Made by a program: the position numbers and the translations under genes
Shown here: positions 20,295-29,447 of the stretch, one piece after another
Layout of the letters: every line of letters starts with the position of its first letter
Position numbering within the stretch: position 1 is the stretch's first letter
The notes under the pieces: generated by a model
Seen by the model: the letters and a program-made list of their open reading frames with translations, nothing else
Told to the model about the DNA's origin: nothing
The model's database searches: none
DNA from: Microcystis aeruginosa NIES-2549
GTDB taxonomy: Bacteria; Cyanobacteriota; Cyanobacteriia; Cyanobacteriales; Microcystaceae
Direction: 5' to 3'
Assembly (NCBI RefSeq): GCF_000981785.2
Contig: NZ_CP011304.1
Location: 2,760,001-2,792,000 of the forward strand
DNA: 32,000 nt

Positions 20295-20744
20295 ATGCTT
20301 GCTTTAGAACAGCTTTATGAACGGGAGTATGATCGCTGGTTAAGTGAGACGATCGAGTTATTAAAAAATCGTCAGTTCGATCGGGTAGATTACGAACATT
20401 TAATCGAGGAGTTGGCAGCTTGGGGACGAAGGGAAAAAACTACTGTTAAAAGTTTAAGTTTATCGATAATAATCCAGCTGTTACTCTATCAATTTTGGAC
20501 AACAGAAAGAGAAAGAAATAGTAATCATTGGGCGGCAGAGATTATCACTTTTCGAGTACAATTAGAAGATAAGCTCACAAGCGATTTAAGCAAATTTATA
20601 GAACTAGAGTTAGACAATATCTATGAAAACGCCCGCTTAATTGCCGAAAAAAAGACAGGATTAAAAAATTTACCGATAATTTGCCCCTATTCTCTGACAC
20701 AAATTCTTGAGAAACAGTGGTTTCCCGATACAGACAATCAATAA
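20295..20744 (+). CDS. DUF29 family protein
   Basis: LYEREYDRWLSETIELLKNRQFDRVDYEHLIEEL...GRREK......L..IIQLLLYQFW is the characteristic cyanobacterial DUF29 N-terminus. Confidence 0.65.
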   Translation: MLALEQLYEREYDRWLSETIELLKNRQFDRVDYEHLIEELAAWGRREKTTVKSLSLSIIIQLLLYQFWTTERERNSNHWAAEIITFRVQLEDKLTSDLSKFIELELDNIYENARLIAEKKTGLKNLPIICPYSLTQILEKQWFPDTDNQ

Positions 20745-20756
20745 ACTCTCAAAAAT

Positions 20757-21506
20757 ATGGAATCTCACAACAGTGAACCGATTATAATTGCCGAAGCTGT
20801 GGAAAAATGGTACGATAACCGCTTTCATGCTTTGCGGGGAGTCAATCTCACCGTTAATAAACAGGAAGTTGTGGTGATTATGGGGCCGTCTGGTTCAGGA
20901 AAATCCACCTTTATCCGCACTTTTAACGGGTTGGAATCCTATCAAAAAGGCCGCATTATTATTGACGGAATAACTGTCTCCCACAACCTGAAAAATATCG
21001 AGGCAATCCGTCAGGAAGTCGGCATGGTTTTTCAACAATTTAACCTCTTTCCCCATCTGACGGTATTAGATAATGTCACCCTCGGTCCGATGTGGGTGCG
21101 CGGTTGGAAAAAAGCGCAAGCGGAGGAAATAGCGAGAAAACTCCTCGAAAAAGTTGGTATTCTCGAACAAGCGCTTAAATATCCCCCTCAGTTATCGGGA
21201 GGACAACAGCAGCGGGTGGCAATCGTTCGCGCTTTGGCCATGCAGCCGAAGGTGATGTTATTCGATGAACCCACCTCAGCTTTAGACCCAGAAATGGTGC
21301 GAGAAGTCTTGGAAACGATGCAAAGTTTAGCCAAATCGGGGATGACCATGGTTTGTGTCACCCACGAGGTAGGATTCGCGCGAGAAGTGGCCGATCGAGT
21401 GGTATTTATGGATCAGGGTTTAATTTTGGAAATTGCCCCCCCAGCAGAATTTTTTAATAATCCTCAATCCGATCGAACTCAGCAATTTTTAGCAAAAATT
21501 CTTTGA
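20757..21506 (+). CDS. polar amino-acid ABC transporter ATP-binding protein (GlnQ/BgtA-like)
   Basis: Walker [11 protein letters not shown]-loop, signature [11 protein letters not shown], Walker [12 protein letters not shown] and H-loop VTHE. No permease or binding-protein gene is adjacent. Confidence 0.85.
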   Translation: MESHNSEPIIIAEAVEKWYDNRFHALRGVNLTVNKQEVVVIMGPSGSGKSTFIRTFNGLESYQKGRIIIDGITVSHNLKNIEAIRQEVGMVFQQFNLFPHLTVLDNVTLGPMWVRGWKKAQAEEIARKLLEKVGILEQALKYPPQLSGGQQQRVAIVRALAMQPKVMLFDEPTSALDPEMVREVLETMQSLAKSGMTMVCVTHEVGFAREVADRVVFMDQGLILEIAPPAEFFNNPQSDRTQQFLAKIL

Positions 21507-21598
21507 TTTTCAGTGGGAGAGTATCGACAAAGTAAACCTTCAAATAGGTGTAGGAGCTTTTAAAATTTACTGACACACCAAAAAAAGTTTTTAATAAG

Positions 21599-21703
21599 TA
21601 ACCTGAGTTCGGGATAAGCTAAAACCCTGATGCTACCGTAGCCTGAAACTCCTATTCTTTCGTGGAAGCTATGGCAAAATTCCCTTATCCCGAACTGACG
21701 TTA
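21599..21703. mobile_element. mini-MITE with 20-bp terminal inverted repeats (2 mismatches)
   Basis: TAACCTGAGTTCGGGATAAG (21599-21618) pairs with CTTATCCCGAACTGACGTTA (21684-21703). A related end, TAACCTGAGTTCAGCATAAGG, occurs at 4282-4302. Confidence 0.5.
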
Positions 21704-22256
21704 GAATACATCAGGGCCAGCGATTACGACCTGTTACTATTAGATGTCATGTTGCCGCAATTAGATGGCATTAGTTTTTGTCAACAATTGCGATCGCGTG
21801 GTGATCAGATGCCGATCCTAATGGTGACGGCCCGGTATACAGTTAGCGATAAAATTTCTGGTTTAGATGCAGGAGCCGACGACTATATCGTTAAACCGGT
21901 GGATTTAGGGGAATTATTCGCCAGGGTGCGGGCTTTACTCCGTCGCAATGTGGCCTCGCTGCCGCCGATTTTAGAATGGGGTCATTTACGCCTAGATCCC
22001 GGGTTATGCCGGCGTTGCCATCCATCTCACCCCCAAAGAATACTGTATTTTAGAACTGCTGCTGCGCCACGGTTATCGCTTAATCAGTCGCCGCACCATT
22101 ATCCAGCACGTTTGGCCGATGGGGGAATCCGTGGAGGAAGATACGGTCAAGGTTCACCTGCGCGCACTACGACAAAAGCTAAAAGCGGCAGGAGCGTCCG
22201 AAAATTTTATCGAAACCGTCCACGGTGTCGGCTATCGTCTCTGTAAAATCGACTAA
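21662..22256 (+). pseudogene. OmpR-family response regulator pseudogene (5'-truncated and frameshifted)
   Basis: The receiver domain starts mid-way (..LEYIRASDYDLLLLDVMLPQLDG...DDYIVKP), so the first ~35-40 residues are missing and the MITE end overlaps the 5' part. Near 21995-22005 the homologous reading moves to another frame (YAGVAIHLTPKEYCILELLLRHGYRLISRRTIIQHVWP....VKVHLRALRQKL...IETVHGVGYRL, stop at 22254-22256). Confidence 0.75.
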
Positions 22257-22780
22257 CCCCGATCCTCACAAACAAAGTCCACTACTCGATCGATTTCCCG
22301 GGATGAGCGGATGCGACGACTACCGCTGCCGAGTTCGCCGCCACGACAATTGGCCCACCAACGCTCGCGACTGCCATTGACAATCGCGTCAAATTCTCTA
22401 ATTCTGCCACTATCATAATAACTGCGGCGATCGACGACAAAACGACCGATATTGGGGAGGCGAAATTCTTCATAAACATTACCTTCCCAACCGCCACCAA
22501 CATTACCGTGATGGTCGTCCATGCGTACCTCAAACTCGCCCCGACAACCATTTATGACCACAATATTGCCGTTTTGGAAATCCCAATTACCCTCACAGGG
22601 AGCAGCGGAGCGAGTGCGGGTTAATCTCACCTGGGCCCATCGAGCATTGACGGGACAGCGAGTAGTGCGACCGCTTTGACTTTCACAATTAATTCTCATG
22701 GTTCTGGCCGCTGCTGGCTCGCTCCCTAGGGGATAAATTAGCAACAAACCGAGACTAGATAATAAAATTTGGCGAAACAT
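22253..22780 (-). CDS. secreted Cys-rich protein, DUF3011-like
   Basis: A signal peptide MFRQILLSSLGLLLIYPLG, then C.S..GR...C......V.L.R..S...C..G..W.......I.V..GC...F repeats. I prefer the ATG at 22780 over the TTG at 22795. Confidence 0.5.
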   Translation of the reverse strand: MFRQILLSSLGLLLIYPLGSEPAAARTMRINCESQSGRTTRCPVNARWAQVRLTRTRSAAPCEGNWDFQNGNIVVINGCRGEFEVRMDDHHGNVGGGWEGNVYEEFRLPNIGRFVVDRRSYYDSGRIREFDAIVNGSRERWWANCRGGELGSGSRRIRSSREIDRVVDFVCEDRG

Positions 22781-22862
22781 TGTCTTAATCTCCAAGAAAT
22801 TCTCTAGTTTATCTTACAGGGGTATCCAGAAAATGAGTAGTAGTGCTTGAAGTGCGTTAATC

Positions 22863-22896
22863 AACAAAAAAGAAGGGTGATTTAACTTCACCCTTC
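22863..22896 (-). terminator. rho-independent terminator of psbD
   Basis: On the minus strand, stem GAAGGGTGA / TCACCCTTC (22872-22880 / 22888-22896) with a 7-nt loop, followed by TTTTTT. Confidence 0.7.
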
Positions 22897-22925
22897 CCCC
22901 TATTCGGTAAATTTTCTTGCCATCC

Positions 22926-23984
22926 TTAGAGAGCGTTACCGCGAGGTAATACTTCTTCAGGGAAGATAAAGTTTTCGTGGGGTTGGTCTTGGGGAGCCAT
23001 CCAAGCTCTCAGACCTTCGTTAAGCAGAATATTTTTAGTGTAGAAGGTTTCAAATTCCGGGTCTTCCGCCGCTCTCAATTCCTGAGAAACGAAGTCATAG
23101 GCCCGTAGATTAAGCGCTAATCCCACTACACCCACAGCACTCATCCATAAACCAGTCACGGGGACAAAGAGCATGAAGAAGTGTAACCAACGTTTGTTGG
23201 AGAAAGCGATGCCGAAGATTTGCGACCAGAAACGGTTCGCAGTGACCATGGAGTAGGTTTCTTCCGCTTGGGTGGGTTCAAAAGCCCGGAAAGTGTTGGA
23301 ACCTTCACCGTCTTCAAACAGGGTATTTTCTACCGTCGCTCCGTGAATAGCACAGAGAAGCGCACCACCGAGGATACCGGCTACACCCATCATGTGGAAG
23401 GGGTTCAGGGTCCAGTTGTGGAAGCCTTGGAAGAAGAGAATAAAACGGAAGATACCAGCCACGCCGAAGCTAGGGGCAAAGAACCAGCTAGACTGACCGA
23501 GGGGGTACATCAGGAAGACACTGACGAACACCGCAATCGGGCCAGAGAAGGCGAGGGCGTTGTAGGGACGAATGCCGACTAAACGGGCGATTTCAAACTG
23601 ACGTAGCATGAAGCCAATCAAGCCGAAAGCACCGTGCAGGGCGACAAAGGGCCATAAACCGCCGATTTGACACCAACGGGTGAAGTTACCTTGGGCTTCC
23701 GGTCCCCAGAGAAAGAGGATGGAGTGACCGAAGGCATCGGCGGGGGTGGAGACGGCTACAGTCAGGAAGTTGCCGCCTTCCAGGTAGGAACTGGCTAACC
23801 CGTGGGTGTACCAGGAGGTGACGAAGGTGGTGCCGGTTAACCATCCACCTAGGGCCATGAAGGCGCAGGGGAAGAGTAGTAAACCAGACCAACCGATGAA
23901 GACGAAACGGTCTCTTTTGAGCCAGTCATCGAGAGCATCAAACAGCCCTCTTTCTGGGGCGCGTCCGACAGCAATGGTCATGGG
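22926..23984 (-). CDS. psbD: photosystem II D2 protein
   Basis: 352 aa starting [40 protein letters not shown] and ending ...[12 protein letters not shown], which is near-invariant D2 sequence. The ORF-track start at 24038 adds 18 non-homologous residues, so I use the ATG at 23984. Confidence 0.97.
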   Translation of the reverse strand, partial: PMTIAVGRAPERGLFDALDDWLKRDRFVFIGWSGLLLFPCAFMALGGWLTGTTFVTSWYTHGLASSYLEGGNFLTVAVSTPADAFGHSILFLWGPEAQGNFTRWCQIGGLWPFVALHGAFGLIGFMLRQFEIARLVGIRPYNALAFSGPIAVFVSVFLMYPLGQSSWFFAPSFGVAGIFRFILFFQGFHNWTLNPFHMMGVAGILGGALLCAIHGATVENTLFEDGEGSNTFRAFEPTQAEETYSMVTANRFWSQIFGIAFSNKRWLHFFMLFVPVTGLWMSAVGVVGLALNLRAYDFVSQELRAAEDPEFETFYTKNILLNEGLRAWMAPQDQPHENFIFPEEVLPRGNAL

Positions 23985-24166
23985 GGTTTTCTCCGAAAAA
24001 TGTATATTATTGCTAAGATTCCGCGCTCTCTTCTCCATCTATCCGAGCAGGCCAGCAGATGTGTAGAAGAATTGTGAGAAATCTTTACTTTTCTTAACTT
24101 ACACTATATTGGAAAAAATGGCTAATGTTTTTTAGGTCGATCTTAAGAAAATCTAAAATTTTTCGG

Positions 24167-24219
24167 GGAGACCACTTGCTGGGCGTTGCGGGAGGAGACC
24201 ACTTCGTGCGCGTTGCGGG
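24167..24219 (+). repeat. tandem ~26-nt direct repeat GGAGACCACTT(GC/CG)TG(G/C)GCGTTGCGGG x2
   Basis: The units lie at 24167-24192 and 24194-24219, in the psbD / methyltransferase intergenic region. Confidence 0.7.
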
Positions 24220-24540
24220 GGGATTTGGGGAGATGGGGAGATATGCCGCCTCAATTGCTTGGTATTGTCGTCTTCACGTCTTGAGTGGAATGCTGGACAC
24301 CTCTGTGGGGTAATTATCCCCAAATTGAGGTGATTAAACCGCACGGTGCGCTATTAAGTCCTATTAAGGGGTGTTAGACCGATGGCAGTGGGATACTATA
24401 ATAGAGGGGGTTGCTCGATCGCAGGGGGCGGTATAATTAATAGTTAGCGCAGCCATGTCTTCCCACAATCCCTTCTTAAGTGGTAGAATACACGTTCTAA
24501 TTATGGTTGTGTTTTAGGTGAAAATGAAAAGGGATTGAGA

Positions 24541-25854
24541 ATGGATGTAAAGCAGTTAAAGGTGATCGACCTTTTTGCGGGTGCGGGTGGGTTTGGTCTA
24601 GGGTTTAAGTTGGCTGGGTATGATTTATTATGCTCGCTGGAATTTGATCAATGGGCTTGTGATACCTTAAGAGAGAATGATAAACAGCAGGTTGTTGTAG
24701 AGAAAGATATTCGTGATTTCCAAGCACCTGATGAAATCAAGTCTGTTTGTTCTATTACGCCTGACTTAATCATTGGAGGGCCACCTTGTCAAGGCTTTAG
24801 TATTGCTGGTCCAGCGCAAAAAGATCCAAAGGATCCTCGAAACAGCTTGTTTGTTGATTTTGCTCGATGGGTTGAATATTTACAACCTACAGCCTTTGTA
24901 ATGGAGAATGTAAAAGGGTTATTGTCACGAAACAATGCGGCACATGAGCGCGTGATAGACATTATCCAAAACACATTTGAAAATATTGGTTACAGTGTAG
25001 AACTTTGGGTATTGAATGCCGCCAATTTCGGTGTGCCTCAAACTAGGGAAAGAATATTCATTGTTGGAAACAATTTAGGTATAGATAAAATCGGGGAACC
25101 CCAAATAAACCATAATCTAGATATCACAGGTTATCCAGAACAAAATGAACAATTATCATCATTCCCAAAGGGAGAATTTTCTCTTGTCCCCGCGATAACT
25201 TTGTGGGACGCAATATCTGACTTGCCAAATCTACAAGCTAGTGAAGGGTGCGAGGTGCAGGCATATTTGCATAGACCGACAAATTCTTATCAGGAATGGG
25301 CAAGAGAAAATTCTAATGTGCTGTTCAATCATGTAGCAATGAATCATTCACCTCGTCTGGTCGAAAGATTCAAACATATAGGATGGGGGGAATCAAGCGC
25401 AGATGTCCCTCCAGAACACATGCCACGCACACGTAACGGCAATGGCAATCTGTCTCATCAGGCTTATGACCAGAACAATCGCAGGTTGCATCCTTATAAA
25501 CCGTCTCATACCATTGCCGCTTCTTTCTATGCCAACTTTATACATCCTTTTCAACACAGAAATATTACGGCACGAGAAGGAGCACGCCTTCAATCATTCC
25601 CTGATTGGTACAGATTTATGGGCAAGAAAACAACTCCTTCCCATAAATTACTAAAACGCGAAGGGCGGTTGGAAGATGCCCATTTATGCCAATATAACCA
25701 AATAGGCAATGCCGTTCCACCTTTGTTAGCTAGAGCGATAGCAATTCATTTACGCAAGGAGTTGTTTGATGTTAGTACACGGTTCCAATCTGCTTCAAAA
25801 AGAAGCACATCAGACGAAATACTTGGACGCAGAGAGCCGTCAATACCTCGCTGA
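24541..25854 (+). CDS. DNA (cytosine-5)-methyltransferase
   Basis: Motif I DLFAGAGGFGLGF, motif IV GGPPCQGFS, motif VI ENV, motif VIII QTRERIFIVG and motif X QIGNAVPP. The ATG is at 24541. Confidence 0.9.
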   Translation: MDVKQLKVIDLFAGAGGFGLGFKLAGYDLLCSLEFDQWACDTLRENDKQQVVVEKDIRDFQAPDEIKSVCSITPDLIIGGPPCQGFSIAGPAQKDPKDPRNSLFVDFARWVEYLQPTAFVMENVKGLLSRNNAAHERVIDIIQNTFENIGYSVELWVLNAANFGVPQTRERIFIVGNNLGIDKIGEPQINHNLDITGYPEQNEQLSSFPKGEFSLVPAITLWDAISDLPNLQASEGCEVQAYLHRPTNSYQEWARENSNVLFNHVAMNHSPRLVERFKHIGWGESSADVPPEHMPRTRNGNGNLSHQAYDQNNRRLHPYKPSHTIAASFYANFIHPFQHRNITAREGARLQSFPDWYRFMGKKTTPSHKLLKREGRLEDAHLCQYNQIGNAVPPLLARAIAIHLRKELFDVSTRFQSASKRSTSDEILGRREPSIPR

Positions 25855-26707
25855 GATTAGAGAAAAATACAATGCTTGGCATCTAGCCAATGCCCAGTTA
25901 ATTGGGCCATCTGCGAAGTGCCTAGATCAGGATCAAGAAATAGTTCAACAACGTGTTGTTCTGCTTGAAGAGTATAAAGATTTTCTTGATCAACAACATT
26001 ATGCAGAAAAGTTTGACTCTCGCTCTAATCTTCATTCCTCTGTTCTGGAAGAATTTTTGTACTACTTGTTCCGGGATTTAGTAGCAGACTTTGGGAAAAA
26101 CGCACTTATCGGCAAATCCCATGCCTTCAAGGACATATTTTTTACCCCACCTAATTATCAAGGTATGATGGAACGTGCTCATGCTCGCATTGAGCGCAAA
26201 GATCATGACTTTGTAATTGGGGTAACCATATCGGCAAACCTTGATTTGAAGACAAATCGCGACCATGAAAAGGATGGGCAATTGAGAATTGCAGAGGAAC
26301 CGGGCGAATATACTGCGCGTTGGCAAGAAAACTCTGAAATACACTACTTTGATATAGCTGCTGTAGCTATTGAATGCAAAACGTATCTGGATAAGACAAT
26401 GCTTGAAGGGTCATCGCGTGCTGCTGAACAATTGAAAGCTCGTAACCCTAATTCTTTGTACATAGTTGTCATGGAATGGCTTAAGCTTACCAGTGCCGTC
26501 AATCTCCACAAGTATGAGGTTGATCAAATATACGTTTTTCGGAAACAGAAAAACACAGACAGGGAATTTCGATTTGCTGGCAGTTACCACAAGAAACCTA
26601 TTGATCCCAATGTCGTATGGCATCTGTATAAAACTGTCCGCAATCACCTTACAAAAGATTGGGAAGGTGGGGTAGAACAAGGATTAGAGCGGGGGTGGTT
26701 ACTCTAG
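25769..26707 (+). CDS. putative type II restriction endonuclease (PD-(D/E)xK) cognate to the upstream C5 methyltransferase
   Basis: It overlaps the methyltransferase 3' end by 86 nt. A candidate catalytic motif is FDIAAVAIECKTYLD (D...E-x-K). I cannot name the family without a search. Confidence 0.5.
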   Translation: MLVHGSNLLQKEAHQTKYLDAESRQYLAEIREKYNAWHLANAQLIGPSAKCLDQDQEIVQQRVVLLEEYKDFLDQQHYAEKFDSRSNLHSSVLEEFLYYLFRDLVADFGKNALIGKSHAFKDIFFTPPNYQGMMERAHARIERKDHDFVIGVTISANLDLKTNRDHEKDGQLRIAEEPGEYTARWQENSEIHYFDIAAVAIECKTYLDKTMLEGSSRAAEQLKARNPNSLYIVVMEWLKLTSAVNLHKYEVDQIYVFRKQKNTDREFRFAGSYHKKPIDPNVVWHLYKTVRNHLTKDWEGGVEQGLERGWLL

Positions 26708-26726
26708 AGCGATCGCAGATATTGTC

Positions 26727-26827
26727 GGGTGCATTAACCAAATCTAACGCAGCCTTTGATCGCTATCGCTGTAGTCAAGAGTGCAATCTCCGATCTTTTT
26801 GGGTGCGTTAATAAAATGTAACGCGCC
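26727..26827. repeat. two GGGTGC(A/G)TTA...TAACGC hairpin repeats (REP-like)
   Basis: GGGTGCATTAACCAAATCTAACGCAGCC (26727-26754) and GGGTGCGTTAATAAAATGTAACGCGCC (26801-26827). Confidence 0.6.
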
Positions 26828-26927
26828 TTATTTTGTTTTAACGCAAGCGATTGTCTCGCAGTAGATTCAGATCGGGTATAATGCCAGATAAGGCAGCAAT
26901 TTAAGAAAATTTACAATCAAGGATATT

Positions 26928-27182
26928 TTGGCACTGGTTTCAAACGATAACAATGATGGAAATAATTTTTCAATAGAAAGAGATGTAAAAAATCAAGGTA
27001 AAACTACGATCAAGATCAATGGGCAAATTGGAAAAGAAGTCATTGGAAAAATTGATATGCCTGAACACAAATCAGCTAGGAAAGAATTAGACCGAGTACG
27101 TCTGCTTTTTTATGTGACTTTTGCAGGCGGCAAGGGATACCTTGATAATAAAATATTTCTAAGGGATGTTATTAATGCGTGA
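26928..27182 (+). CDS. small ORF of unknown function overlapping the N6-methyltransferase start (may not be a real gene)
   Basis: TTG start, with the first in-frame ATG only at codon 44. It overlaps the downstream ATG by 17 nt. No motif was recognised. Confidence 0.2.
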   Translation: MALVSNDNNDGNNFSIERDVKNQGKTTIKINGQIGKEVIGKIDMPEHKSARKELDRVRLLFYVTFAGGKGYLDNKIFLRDVINA

Positions 27183-28752
27183 GTTAAAATATATAGCTGA
27201 AACTCCACTTAATCATAGGAAGGATTACGGTCAGTTTTTTACACCTATGTGCGTTGCTCGCCTCATGGTACAGTGGGTTTTAAAAGATAATCCAGAAACA
27301 GTATTAGACCCAGCGTTTGGCTTAGGCGTTTTTTATGATGAAGCAATAAAAATACCTTCAGGTAATCAAGTACATTTCATTGGATATGAGATTGATAGAA
27401 ATATATTTGAGTTTCTCAATCGTAATGGTGACAGTCCTTATTTGAGAGTTATCAATAGTGATTACCTCGAAGCTGAAACTGAAAAATTTGACGGTATCAT
27501 TTGTAATCCACCATATATGCGATTTCAGAAATTTCTTAAGCGTCATGATATATTACCAAAAATTGAAGAAAAAATAGGGAAGAAACTTATCGGTTACTCT
27601 AATATCTCTTCCGTATTCCTTGTCAAGTCTTTAAGAGAACTTAAAATCAATGGTAACTTGGCATATATTATGCCTTTTGAGTTTTTTAATACTGGCTACG
27701 GACAAGAAATCAAAAAAAGTCTCCTTGAAAATCATTTATTGAAGCAAATAATAATCTTTGACAATGAAAAAGAAATTTTCCCAGAGGCAACGACAACTGT
27801 TTGTGTGCTTCTTTGTAAAAATGACGGAAAAAAAGAAACCATTAAAATTTTACAGATCAAAAAAAGTGATGAAATAGATAAAATATCTGATATTAGTAAA
27901 TTCTATCAGTGGGAAATCGAACCATCGAATTTACCATACAACCAAAAGTGGACACCTATTATTTCATCATTGTTCACTGAACAAGTATCTCCAAATGGCT
28001 TCTGTAAGTTGTCCCTATACGGTACGTTTACGAGAGGTATTGCTACTGGCGCAAATGAATTTTTTGCGTTAAAAAAATCAAAAATTGAGCAACGGAAGTT
28101 GAGTGATAATAATATTTGTAAGTGTATTACAAAAAGCTCTCAAATCCGCAAAGCAATATTTACTGAGCATGATTTTAATATACTATACAATGAGGATAAG
28201 CCAGTCCATTGTTTAGATGTAAAAGACCACGACAACTCCGAAATACGAAATTACATAAAAGAAGGCGAAAAATTGGGATACCATGGGAGGTATCTTACAA
28301 AAACAAGGAAGACTTGGTACAAAATTGAAAAGAGAAAACCGGCTCCAATTTTATTCGGAGTCTTTAGCAGGGGCAGGTTAAAAGTAATACGCAATTTCAC
28401 AACAGCAATAAATTTTACCTGCTTTCATTCCTTTTATCCAAATAAATTCGGAGAACAATTTATTAATAAATTATTTGTGTATTTGCTCAGTGATATTGGA
28501 CAGGAAATAATAAAAATCAATAAACGAAGTTATGGTGATGAATTAGACAAGTTTGAACCAAGGGATTTGAATGATAGCTTATGTCCAAGCCAGAAACAAT
28601 TTGAAATGATCAGTGATGAAGATGCTGAAGAAGTAATTAGTATTGCACAAAATGATCACAAAAAAGCAATTCTCATGAGTAATGCTCTGATCAAAAGACT
28701 TATGGACTCCCAACAATGCGCTGCACCAGACGGCAATTCCGCCGCACCCTAA
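27166..28752 (+). CDS. gamma-class N6-adenine DNA methyltransferase (Eco57I/TaqI-like) with a C-terminal target-recognition domain
   Basis: The order is motif X-like DYGQFFTP, motif I VLDPAFGLGVF, then motif IV ICNPPYMRF. A ~300 aa C-terminal region resembles a TaqI-type specificity domain. It is markedly AT-rich compared with its neighbours. Confidence 0.8.
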   Translation: MLLMRELKYIAETPLNHRKDYGQFFTPMCVARLMVQWVLKDNPETVLDPAFGLGVFYDEAIKIPSGNQVHFIGYEIDRNIFEFLNRNGDSPYLRVINSDYLEAETEKFDGIICNPPYMRFQKFLKRHDILPKIEEKIGKKLIGYSNISSVFLVKSLRELKINGNLAYIMPFEFFNTGYGQEIKKSLLENHLLKQIIIFDNEKEIFPEATTTVCVLLCKNDGKKETIKILQIKKSDEIDKISDISKFYQWEIEPSNLPYNQKWTPIISSLFTEQVSPNGFCKLSLYGTFTRGIATGANEFFALKKSKIEQRKLSDNNICKCITKSSQIRKAIFTEHDFNILYNEDKPVHCLDVKDHDNSEIRNYIKEGEKLGYHGRYLTKTRKTWYKIEKRKPAPILFGVFSRGRLKVIRNFTTAINFTCFHSFYPNKFGEQFINKLFVYLLSDIGQEIIKINKRSYGDELDKFEPRDLNDSLCPSQKQFEMISDEDAEEVISIAQNDHKKAILMSNALIKRLMDSQQCAAPDGNSAAP

Positions 28753-28780
28753 GTGCGATCGCCGTTGTGCTGTAGCTGTA

Positions 28781-28839
28781 GGGTGCGTTCCCTGATGCAA
28801 CTCCTACTGCTGCACCGATAGATTTTTGGGGAACGCACC
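28781..28839. repeat. GGGTGCGTT-type hairpin repeat
   Basis: GGTGCGTTCCC (28782-28792) pairs with GGGAACGCACC (28829-28839). Confidence 0.6.
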
Positions 28840-28970
28840 ATGCTCATTCATTCAAGCAAGTGATTGCCAGCTAACAACGCCTCTGCACACCGACTGCCGA
28901 GAGTCAATCGGTTATGATGCTAGGGTTATCCCCACAGTGAACAGCAATCAGTGAACTGAAAACTCACATC

Positions 28971-29001
28971 TGATCACTGATCACTGATCACTGACTTCCC
29001 A
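28971..29001 (+). repeat. heptamer tandem repeat (TGATCAC)x4
   Basis: Counted directly. Confidence 0.9.
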
Positions 29002-29054
29002 AGCCCTGCTATACAATGGTTTTTGATTTGTTTTTTGGAAGGGAACGCTAAACT

Positions 29055-29324
29055 ATGTATTCGATCGATATTACCCTGAAACTCTCCCCCATCCCCATTT
29101 CCGTGCAGCGCAAGGAAGAAGCAGCAGCAGACGCTTTGTATCAAACAATTATTAACGCTATGCGATCGCCGAATCCGGAATTATTAGAATTAACCTGCGA
29201 AAAACAAACCGATAAAAAGGTGGCGGTTTTGAGCGATCAGATCAGTGCGGTGATTGTGTCACAAAAATCCGGGGCTGCCTCCACTGGTAGAGCGCCGGGG
29301 TTTGTCGCTTTAGCCACAGAATAG
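29055..29324 (+). CDS. small conserved hypothetical protein
   Basis: ATG start, 89 aa with a protein-like composition. No motif was recognised. Confidence 0.45.
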   Translation: MYSIDITLKLSPIPISVQRKEEAAADALYQTIINAMRSPNPELLELTCEKQTDKKVAVLSDQISAVIVSQKSGAASTGRAPGFVALATE

Positions 29325-29332
29325 TTCTTTAA

Positions 29333-29367
29333 TCAGTTATCAGTGAGCAGTAATCAGTAATCAGTGA
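29333..29367 (+). repeat. degenerate heptamer repeat (TCAGTNA)x5, inverse orientation of the 29581 array
   Basis: TCAGTTA TCAGTGA GCAGTAA TCAGTAA TCAGTGA. TCAGTTA is the reverse complement of TAACTGA. Confidence 0.85.
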
Positions 29368-29447
29368 CAAGAAAACGGCAACCGCCTACATAACACTTTC
29401 CACTGAAAACTCAAAACTCAAATCTGATAACTGATAAGCTGTTCATA

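Noticed and set aside
21662-22246. The 194 aa ORF taken at face value as an intact response regulator.
   Set aside because: The C-terminal third (..CRRCHPSHPQRILYFRTAAAPRLSLNQSPHH...) is out-of-frame nonsense, while the genuine OmpR-type DNA-binding sequence is readable in another frame. The N-terminus of the receiver domain is missing. I call it a pseudogene.
22926-24038. The full 370 aa ORF as psbD, and the expectation of an overlapping psbC downstream.
   Set aside because: The conserved D2 N-terminus begins at the internal ATG (23984). Downstream there is a terminator and an unrelated gene, with no psbC.
23220-24066. ORFs 23220-23582, 23686-23892 and 23806-24066 overlapping psbD.
   Set aside because: psbD is unambiguous and near-invariant. 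These are alternate or antisense frames of a GC-richer gene, a typical source of spurious ORFs.
24125-24344. Two overlapping 62-63 aa ORFs on opposite strands in the psbD / methyltransferase intergenic region.
   Set aside because: They run through the tandem 26-nt GGAGACCACTT...GCGTTGCGGG repeats. The Gly/Arg-rich translations reflect repeat sequence, not coding.
26928-27182. The 84-codon ORF as a controller (C) protein of the R-M island.
   Set aside because: It has no helix-turn-helix-like segment, a TTG start with the first ATG at codon 44, and a low-complexity Asn/Asp-rich N-terminus. I keep it only as a low-confidence ORF or possible gene remnant.
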